Part shown: positions 56,631 to 64,000 of the stretch, piece by piece
Position numbering within the stretch: position 1 is the stretch's first letter
How the letters are laid out: each line of letters begins with the position of its first letter
NCBI RefSeq assembly: GCF_058153355.1
Contig: NZ_CM177019.1
Direction: 5' to 3' (one strand)
Length of the DNA: 64,000 nt
The notes under the pieces: model-generated
Told to the model about the DNA's origin: nothing
The model's database searches: none
What the model saw: only the letters and a program-made list of their open reading frames with translations
Program-made: the position numbers and the translations under genes

Positions 56631-59600
56631 TTAATGGAAAATGACGTCAGGTGCGCTTAACGCTTCACTCAAATCAAACGTATCGAGTTCGGCAAAAGTG
56701 ACAGATTTATTGTCACGGTACACTCGAAGAGAACGGAAGCTCATTAGCGCTTTGCTATCAGCACTGTAGTGGTTAAAACCGGGTGAAAACTTAAGGACCA
56801 GCCGATACTCGCCCAGGTCATAGACACATGCGTCCTCAAAACCTGACTCCCAGCCTTTGTATCGCATTCCCATAAGTTGCCCAACGGTTGCGGATTTACC
56901 TTCCCAGCGAGTCAGGCTGTTACTGGCTGACTCGTCAGGTGTGAGCAGCACTGTGCGCCGCATCAACTGGCGAAAAGGCGGCATAATTTCGTAATCGGCA
57001 AAAACCTGTGCAAATTCACTGCGCATTTCTGCTGTCATTTCTAACGGGTGGGCAATGCCAATCAGAGCATCCGCAGGCAGGTCAATTGGCTCATCTTGTG
57101 CGTTGCAGAACTCCCCCTCAGCGGCCACGCGAAAGGCGTTGAGTAAACGACGCGGTTCATTTGCCGGATAAACCGCCCATATTAATCGCTGAGTAACCAG
57201 GCGAGTAAAGGGATGATTAACAAACAGAGAATGAAAATCTGCCAGCGACCAGCGTCGGGTGGTGCGTAGGGCAGTTTCAAGACGCGGGAGCAGGTTTTTG
57301 CTCACCTGAGTGGCATCTTTTTTTAGCCCTTTTAGTCGGGCCAGTGCCTCGGGTGCTTTCAGCTGATCGTCATCGGCGCGCAACCGGGGAACACTTTTCT
57401 GGCGAACGTTTTGCTGATCAAAGATAACCGGGTTGAGGTTTTCATCGAAGCGAACGGTAAACTGCCGGGGTCCAAAATCAAATATCAACGCCTGCGGATC
57501 ATCCAGGCCCAGTGTTGGGACTAATCTGTCCGCTAACTCTTCCTGGCTTAGTCCACGATTTTCTGCGACCACCTGAAGAAATTCCGCCGCGTTATCACGT
57601 AAGGGACGGGATTTCGCCCGTTGCGATATATGATGCAGCTGTATCAGCGCCATATCATTATTCATCAGGGTAAGTATGTTCAGGCCACTGACGGCGCGGG
57701 CAGATTTGCCTTCCTGTGGCCAGGCGAGGATCTGTGTTGTCAGATCCCGAGCCGTGCTTTCGTCACCAAAGAGACTTAACGCCAAAAAAGCCCAGTTGTC
57801 TTTTGCGGGGGCGCCAGCCTGTTGCCAGGCGGTGAAGAGATCCCAGGCAAAAGCGGCCAGCGTTTGTGGCTGGCAGAACGTTTTCAGTTGTTCCAGCCCA
57901 CAATAAAAACGTCCGCCCTGGGTAAAGCGCAGCATTTCGCCGATAATTTCCAGAGCATCATCAGTAACATGTTGATTATTCGTGATAATTCTCGGTCTGG
58001 ACCACATTGTCGGATGCCAGAAATCAGGGGCTTTGGGAATGCGTGCCGGGTAAATGTCCATTGGACCCTGTTTAAGTAATTGCTCCAGGGCAGGCCATAC
58101 ATCTGTATGCTGCCAGCGGTTTGCCACGGTTTGCAGTAATTCGCCATGCCCTTGTTCATACAGTAAACGCAGAGCGCTGAGTGCCGCTTCGCTGTTATCG
58201 CCAGACCTGGCAAAGATTAATGGGATCAGCGCCGTAGCCGTATGCTCCGGCCATTGTAAAATCCACTGGCGAGCCAGATTACGCTGGCCCGCAAAACGAT
58301 GCCAGACGCGGGCAACGGGCAGCGCCAGTTCTGTTGCGCCAAAATGAATCAGCAGCGGAAATATCTCTTTGGGATGTCGGGCAAAGGCGGTGATTAATCC
58401 GGGCAAAGCATCGGTACCCAGGACACTTAACAGATATTCTACCCCGGTGTAATGAAAATCAGCCGCGACAATTTGTTGCCAGCACGATACCGCCATTTCG
58501 CGCGGCATTTGCGCGATAAGATACAGGTTCCATACTCCCCAACGCTTTTCATCAGTGTAATTAAATTTGCGTTGGAAAGTTCGCCACCCCTCCATCAACG
58601 CAACACTATCTTGTGCCAGTAATGCGCTGGCGGCCTCTTCCCGGTAGTGTTTATTTTCATTCTGTTTTGCCTGATAATTGAGCAATCTTCCTACTGAAGT
58701 ATGTGTCTCTAGTTGATCGGTATCCAGAGCATCCAATTGTCCTTTGAGAATAAACTCATTAAACTTCCACCTGTGATCTTCAAAACCTAATTCCCGCAAG
58801 AAGGTATCCGCCCCTCTGTTAGCAAGACGTTCGTCAAAAGACATGGCGCTAAAATGGTCAATTGCAGTTTGCTGTTCCGGCGTCCAGTGTTTATTCGGCG
58901 ACCTGTACGCTTGCGGTACAAGCGTAAGTTCAGGTAGCGAAAAGTGAGTTATGGAAGCCTTTTTCCTGCCACGCCACGGTGGTGAAACGAGGATTTCAGG
59001 CAGACTACTGTTATCGGTGCTATCAATAACCGGTTTTGGCGAAGCCGATAAATAACTATTCACCACTGCCCGGGCTTGAGTACTTAACGACGGGATCACC
59101 TCTTCTGCCAGTTGTGGCTGCGATGCCATCAGCGTTTGTAACAGCGTACGCCAGTATTCATCACGTGCTTTTTGCTGTGCAGGCAGCTTTTTGTCTTCGA
59201 TGATAGGATAACCAGGGCGCGTAGGGGGGGCTTTTAACGCCAGTAGTTCTGCCAGTGCGGCGAGCGTCGCATGGGGAAAGTTTTTACTGTATTTAGCCAC
59301 ACGCTGCAGGCTGGGTTTGTTTTTATCGGCAACTAACAGCAAGATGCGAATAACTTGCGGATGGTTAATTTGTACCAGCAGGCTACCGCAATCTTCTTTA
59401 TGGGCATACATCGCGAGGCGTGGAACGGCTGCAATTCCTTGTTCGCGCAAAAGGGCGGCGCAGGCCGCGTAGCCGAAGTGGTTTTCATGCGACATGTAGC
59501 TGGCTTCGCGATCGCTAAATATATCCTGGCTCCAGTAGCGTTCGAGTTTTCTCACCGCTCTGGGGTCATTAGCAACAACTTTTAACCACTCCTTAGAATG

Positions 59601-60287
59601 AAAATGAGTCCGCGGGCATTCAAGGCCTACCAACTCATTGGCGATTTCTGGTTTCTCCGGGAGGATGAGTGCAATAAAAGGACGGCGAACTTGGGGTAGT
59701 CCTGGCAGTGCGGCAATGAGTTTGTCGGCGCAACGCTGCCAGCAGCTTTCCTCTGCCAGAGAGAGAGGCTTACGCAGTCGGAGATCGAATTCGTTATAGG
59801 TTTCTGAGCGATAACCATAACCATAGCCATAGTCCTCCTTCTGATACTGCAATGTTACTACCAGAGGATCGTTCTCATAACACCGCGCAATAAACTGGCG
59901 TGCAATCACCACCTCAGTCGCATATTCCAGCCCCTCTTGTTGGACGATTTCGTCGAGCAACTGTTGGCTGTCATTTTGCGCGATACAGGCTAGCGCCGCC
60001 ATTGTCCGGGCCGGAATTGAGGGTTTGTGCTCGCCGATCAAGTTGATGGCTTGCGTAATGGCCGACTGCCACTCCAGTGAAAAATTTTCATAACGCCAGA
60101 CAATGTTTTTTTTCTTCTCAGCAATGTGTAGCAATTTATCACCCAGTGTCTGGATGAGGCTTTCAGTGATAACAGGCACCGGTTCGCCCGGCCAATTGCG
60201 ATGGCTGAGTGGTGTTTTGCCTTTTTTATATTTCAGTTCCAGTTGGGCGTTATCCGCCAGCCACGGTAATTCCTTGTCCATGCTCAT
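56631..60287 (-). CDS. yehI: Giant DUF4132-family protein YehI
   Basis: 1218-aa ORF; paralogous to the adjacent molR product (shared blocks such as HLSLAEESCWQRCADKLIAALP...ALILPEKPEIANE). Confidence 0.9.
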   Translation of the reverse strand: MSMDKELPWLADNAQLELKYKKGKTPLSHRNWPGEPVPVITESLIQTLGDKLLHIAEKKKNIVWRYENFSLEWQSAITQAINLIGEHKPSIPARTMAALACIAQNDSQQLLDEIVQQEGLEYATEVVIARQFIARCYENDPLVVTLQYQKEDYGYGYGYRSETYNEFDLRLRKPLSLAEESCWQRCADKLIAALPGLPQVRRPFIALILPEKPEIANELVGLECPRTHFHSKEWLKVVANDPRAVRKLERYWSQDIFSDREASYMSHENHFGYAACAALLREQGIAAVPRLAMYAHKEDCGSLLVQINHPQVIRILLLVADKNKPSLQRVAKYSKNFPHATLAALAELLALKAPPTRPGYPIIEDKKLPAQQKARDEYWRTLLQTLMASQPQLAEEVIPSLSTQARAVVNSYLSASPKPVIDSTDNSSLPEILVSPPWRGRKKASITHFSLPELTLVPQAYRSPNKHWTPEQQTAIDHFSAMSFDERLANRGADTFLRELGFEDHRWKFNEFILKGQLDALDTDQLETHTSVGRLLNYQAKQNENKHYREEAASALLAQDSVALMEGWRTFQRKFNYTDEKRWGVWNLYLIAQMPREMAVSCWQQIVAADFHYTGVEYLLSVLGTDALPGLITAFARHPKEIFPLLIHFGATELALPVARVWHRFAGQRNLARQWILQWPEHTATALIPLIFARSGDNSEAALSALRLLYEQGHGELLQTVANRWQHTDVWPALEQLLKQGPMDIYPARIPKAPDFWHPTMWSRPRIITNNQHVTDDALEIIGEMLRFTQGGRFYCGLEQLKTFCQPQTLAAFAWDLFTAWQQAGAPAKDNWAFLALSLFGDESTARDLTTQILAWPQEGKSARAVSGLNILTLMNNDMALIQLHHISQRAKSRPLRDNAAEFLQVVAENRGLSQEELADRLVPTLGLDDPQALIFDFGPRQFTVRFDENLNPVIFDQQNVRQKSVPRLRADDDQLKAPEALARLKGLKKDATQVSKNLLPRLETALRTTRRWSLADFHSLFVNHPFTRLVTQRLIWAVYPANEPRRLLNAFRVAAEGEFCNAQDEPIDLPADALIGIAHPLEMTAEMRSEFAQVFADYEIMPPFRQLMRRTVLLTPDESASNSLTRWEGKSATVGQLMGMRYKGWESGFEDACVYDLGEYRLVLKFSPGFNHYSADSKALMSFRSLRVYRDNKSVTFAELDTFDLSEALSAPDVIFH

Positions 60288-60290
60288 TCC

Positions 60291-63200
60291 TTATTCAAAC
60301 AGGGCTTCGATGTCGTTAATTAACTCGCTAGCGGTGATGTCATCGAGTGCGGAGAACTGCGCTTCCTGTGTTGAATTAATCCCCCAGCCATAGCTTTCTG
60401 CTTTGCCTTCCCATAGCCACAGCTTGCTTAAGAGTTGCTCGGCACTGAGTTCGGCTGGCGACATACCAACTGCAAATCCTTCATCGATTTCCATGATTAA
60501 TGACCAGCGGCCCAGAGGTTTGATCATCCAGCCGATCCAGCCACCGTCCTGCGGTTCACCACGCATCCAGCCTTTATTCGCCAGCCCCATTACCCGACCG
60601 CTCGGGCATTTTCTGCCTGCCCAGCGGGTCAATTCGCTGGCATTGCGCTCGGTTTCTGTCAGGGCGTAACTGTTACGGTCGAGCTGGCGGAACGGCGGTA
60701 GCAGTTCGTAGTCGGCAAAAAGCTGACCAAAGGCGGCAGCATCCGTGGGTGATATTTCCAGAACGTGAGGAATGCCAACAGAGATATCGCCTTCCGGCAG
60801 GGTGAAAAGATCATCGTCAGCGGTGCTGTAGCTGTTATCTTCCGCCACACGGAAGCACGCCAGTAACTGGTTGTCTGCGCTATAAATGCCCCAAATCAGA
60901 CGGCGGGTTAAGTGGCAGACCAGCGGATGCTCAACCAGAAAGAGCTGAAAGTTTTCTGGCGACCAGCGGCGGCGCAGGCACATGGCGGATTCCAGCCTTG
61001 CCACCTGCTGGGCGGCAACGGTACGCGCATCTTTTTTCAGCAGTTTGTAGCGGTTAACTGCATCGTTCGCTTGAGTTTCATCATCGCTTTTGTTCGGTTT
61101 AGGCAAGTCTTTCAGGCGGCTGCCGGAAGCATCACGCACAAACGGTTTTAAGGTTTCATCAAAGCTGACGGTGAACTGCCGTGGCCCGAAATCCAGCAGC
61201 AGCGAACCGTTATCATCCAGACCGAGATCCGGTGCTAACCGGTCTTCAAGCTCCGCCACCGTGAGTTCGCGGCTCTCGGCAATGTCGGCAATTTTTTCTT
61301 TTGCCCGCTCCTGTAATGCTTTGAATTTCAGTTTCTGGGCGATGCCGTTAAGCTGCATCAGGGCGATATCACTACCGATAGCAGCGAGAATATCCAGCCC
61401 GACGGTGGCGCGTTTATGCTGGGATTCACCAGGCCAGGCGCGAATCAAAGGCGTCAGTTTGCGGGCGGTATCATCGTTGCCGAGAACACCTAACGCAGTG
61501 AACGCCCAGCTTTCTTTCGACGGTGCGCCAGCGGTCTGCCAGGCGGTAAACAGATCCCAGGCAAATTCAGCCAGTGAGTCGGCGGTACAGGCATCTTTCA
61601 CCTGCAATAACCCCGCATACAGAGCCTCTTCCTGAGGGAAGCGGAGCATTTCACCGAGGTGGAGGAGGGCGTTATCTGGCAGTGATTGGGCGTTTGCTTT
61701 TAATACCGGGCGTGTCCAGAGCGATGGCTGATAAAAGGCCGGAAGTGTCGGGATTTTAGTCGGGTGATTATCTAAGGGATCGAGCGCAAGTAGAGCGTTC
61801 ACCGCATCGGTTACTTCCGGCTGGTTATAACGCTGGGCGATTTCTTGCAGTAATGACGGATAACCACTTTCAATCAACATACGTAAGGCGGCGCGGGCGT
61901 TATCCTGGGCTTCACCAGCTTTGCCGAGTGCCGCAGGCAACAGGCCGATAATGGCATGTTCCGGATATTTCAGCAGCCAGGTGCGGGCGTCTTGTCGTAG
62001 AGTTTTGAGTTTGTTAAAGGCGCGGGCGACGGCAGGAGCCAGTTCCGTTGCGGCAAAATAATTAGCAACCGCAAAACCTTCTTGAGGGTAGCGTGAAAAC
62101 GAGTGTAGAAAACCACTCATACCTGCCAGTCGCAAATAAAGCATGACAGGTTTTACCGCGGTATGCGGCTCTTTGCTGAGAAACTCCCATAGTTTAATCG
62201 CTGTTTGCATAGGTAAAAAGGGAAGTGAGTTGAGATGCCACTCCCCCTGATACGGTGCATGGTGGGCTTTAAACATTTGGATGAGTGTAGCGAAGTCCTC
62301 ACGTTCCCATGCGTCAATTGCCGAGTCAGAAGCGCCGATATATTTATATGTGTCAAAATCCCAGCGGCGATACCCCAGCGAGTAAAGGAAATCTTTAGCA
62401 CCTTCACCTGGCTTATGCGATTCCCAGTCCCAATGAGTTTGAAACTCTTTTGCTTCTGTGTCGGTTATTGTGCATATGGATTTGAGTTTGAGCGGTGCTA
62501 AATCCAACACCGGAATCGTCGATTTTTTCTTTTTCGAAAGCCAGGGAGGTAAGACTAATACGGCTGGCAGTAGAGCGGCGCAGGCATGGTTTGACGGTTG
62601 TATCAGTTGTTGCTGGCATGATTTCAGCACTTCAACTGCGGCTGTCGAGAGCCAGGGAGTGACCTGTTCTGCCAGTGCCGGTTGCGAGATAAGCATCGTC
62701 ATTAGCATAATGCGCCAAGTATTCTCTTCTTTTTGCGCAAGAAGTTCCGCCAGTGCCGCCAGTGCTGCGTGTGGGAACGCAGCGCAAGCTTTCGTCATCC
62801 GATCGTGACAGCGTTTAGTTTGCCCGGCTACACGTATGAGCAGTGTTAATGCGAACGGATGATTGATATGACGCAATACATCTGCGCAGTAGTCACTTGC
62901 GGCATAGGGAGCAAATCTGGGCAGGGCTGCAACACCTTGCTCCTGTAATACGGTGGCTGACAATATCGCACCACAATAGTAATCATCAAAAATGGCATAT
63001 GGCTCGTGATATTTTTCTAATGAGGCAAGAATGTGCTCATCAGTCGCCACTATTTTTAGCCACTCAAGCGAGGGTAATTTTTTTTTCCCCAGTAGACGCT
63101 GGGCAATTTCATGTGCAATTTCTGGTTTTTCGGGTAATAACAAAGCAATTAATGGTTGCCGCCATTCTGGAATATGTGGAATTGCGGCAATAAGTTTTTG

Positions 63201-64000
63201 TGCACATTTTTGCCAGAGAGACTCTTCCGCCAGTGATAAATGTTTCCGTAGGCGTAATTCAAAACTGGAATATTGCTGCAGGTTATCAGGTGCAATACCA
63301 GACGGCAGAATAATAATGGTATTATTCGCATAATCCCATTCAATATCAATCTGTTGAAGATGTATTACTACATCAGTAGCATATTCCAGGCCACCTTCCT
63401 GAACGAGCTGATCCATAACATCCTCACGCTCTTTATATCTCGTGCACTTCAGTTCAAGTGCCGTGAGTACAGCCATTACTGGTGATGGTAACTGTGTTGT
63501 TTTCAGGCAGTCGATCTGACTGAGCGCCTGGGAGATGGCGTTTTGCCATTCTAAAGAACAGGCGCTGAAGTCAAATGTGGCTGTTTTATTATCCCGTTGC
63601 AACACGCTACAGGCTAAGCGGCGTAACTGGGTCAATTCGTCTGCTTGCTGAACAGGAACTCCGGGAAAGCGGCGATGGCTTAACGTGGTGTGTACAACTT
63701 CGGGCGGAAAAACGACAGCAATATCTTTCGCCAGCCACGGTAAAACATCATCTGTATTTTTGTCAGCCACACGGGCTTCTGCTACGCAAAAGGGTTGTTC
63801 CTGAATAATGGTGGATAAGGCCGCTACCTTGAGAGAATCCGTTACCGTTTGGGAAGGTTGCAAAGAATTATCCTTCGCTTGCCCCACATACCCCTTCTTC
63901 ACCTTCTCCGCAATCAGCCTCAGTTCCGCTTTTTCCGCCGCCGCAGCATCAGCAAAGCTTTTTACCTGGCTTTGCCCGTTGGTACTGACTTTGCCCCAAC
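60291..64000 (-). CDS. molR: Giant DUF4132-family protein MolR (YehH/YehG/YehF equivalent), intact frame, 5' end beyond window
   Basis: Uninterrupted reading frame from 60291 to the window edge, with no in-frame stop in 63903-64000; paralogue of yehI. Confidence 0.8.
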   Translation of the reverse strand, partial: WGKVSTNGQSQVKSFADAAAAEKAELRLIAEKVKKGYVGQAKDNSLQPSQTVTDSLKVAALSTIIQEQPFCVAEARVADKNTDDVLPWLAKDIAVVFPPEVVHTTLSHRRFPGVPVQQADELTQLRRLACSVLQRDNKTATFDFSACSLEWQNAISQALSQIDCLKTTQLPSPVMAVLTALELKCTRYKEREDVMDQLVQEGGLEYATDVVIHLQQIDIEWDYANNTIIILPSGIAPDNLQQYSSFELRLRKHLSLAEESLWQKCAQKLIAAIPHIPEWRQPLIALLLPEKPEIAHEIAQRLLGKKKLPSLEWLKIVATDEHILASLEKYHEPYAIFDDYYCGAILSATVLQEQGVAALPRFAPYAASDYCADVLRHINHPFALTLLIRVAGQTKRCHDRMTKACAAFPHAALAALAELLAQKEENTWRIMLMTMLISQPALAEQVTPWLSTAAVEVLKSCQQQLIQPSNHACAALLPAVLVLPPWLSKKKKSTIPVLDLAPLKLKSICTITDTEAKEFQTHWDWESHKPGEGAKDFLYSLGYRRWDFDTYKYIGASDSAIDAWEREDFATLIQMFKAHHAPYQGEWHLNSLPFLPMQTAIKLWEFLSKEPHTAVKPVMLYLRLAGMSGFLHSFSRYPQEGFAVANYFAATELAPAVARAFNKLKTLRQDARTWLLKYPEHAIIGLLPAALGKAGEAQDNARAALRMLIESGYPSLLQEIAQRYNQPEVTDAVNALLALDPLDNHPTKIPTLPAFYQPSLWTRPVLKANAQSLPDNALLHLGEMLRFPQEEALYAGLLQVKDACTADSLAEFAWDLFTAWQTAGAPSKESWAFTALGVLGNDDTARKLTPLIRAWPGESQHKRATVGLDILAAIGSDIALMQLNGIAQKLKFKALQERAKEKIADIAESRELTVAELEDRLAPDLGLDDNGSLLLDFGPRQFTVSFDETLKPFVRDASGSRLKDLPKPNKSDDETQANDAVNRYKLLKKDARTVAAQQVARLESAMCLRRRWSPENFQLFLVEHPLVCHLTRRLIWGIYSADNQLLACFRVAEDNSYSTADDDLFTLPEGDISVGIPHVLEISPTDAAAFGQLFADYELLPPFRQLDRNSYALTETERNASELTRWAGRKCPSGRVMGLANKGWMRGEPQDGGWIGWMIKPLGRWSLIMEIDEGFAVGMSPAELSAEQLLSKLWLWEGKAESYGWGINSTQEAQFSALDDITASELINDIEALFE

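Overview
Enterobacterial (E. coli-like) chromosomal segment, recognised from gene order and protein sequences only; no database search was run. It is syntenic with the K-12 yeiH-yeiE-lysP-cirA ... mglBAC-preAT-cdd-yohJK ... dusC-mdtQ-yohF-pbpG-dld-bglX-osmF/yehYXW-mlrA-btsSR-yehSR-yehQPML-yehK-yehI-molR region, read in reverse orientation to the K-12 convention. About 60 protein genes are called, plus REP/BIME repeats, terminators and a few regulator sites. Three blocks look accessory against this backbone: (1) a 4-gene insertion between cirA and yeiG (organophosphate:Pi antiporter-family MFS transporter, SerB-like phosphoserine phosphatase, L-serine dehydratase, XRE regulator), which I propose is a phosphoserine uptake and catabolism module; (2) a gentisate/3-hydroxybenzoate (mhbR-mhbTDHIM-like) catabolic cluster between yohJ and dusC; (3) a type I toxin-antitoxin-like module in the yehK-yehL intergenic region, with a 29-aa hydrophobic peptide ORF and a divergent antisense sRNA candidate that I recall as resembling zorO-orzO of enterohaemorrhagic E. 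coli. The conserved but functionally unresolved yehLMPQ set (MoxR-type AAA+ ATPase, VWA protein, SWIM zinc-finger protein) with the giant paralogues yehI and molR is also present; mdtQ and molR, which I recall as pseudogenes in K-12, read as intact frames here. No CRISPR array, rRNA, tRNA, integrase or transposase was seen.
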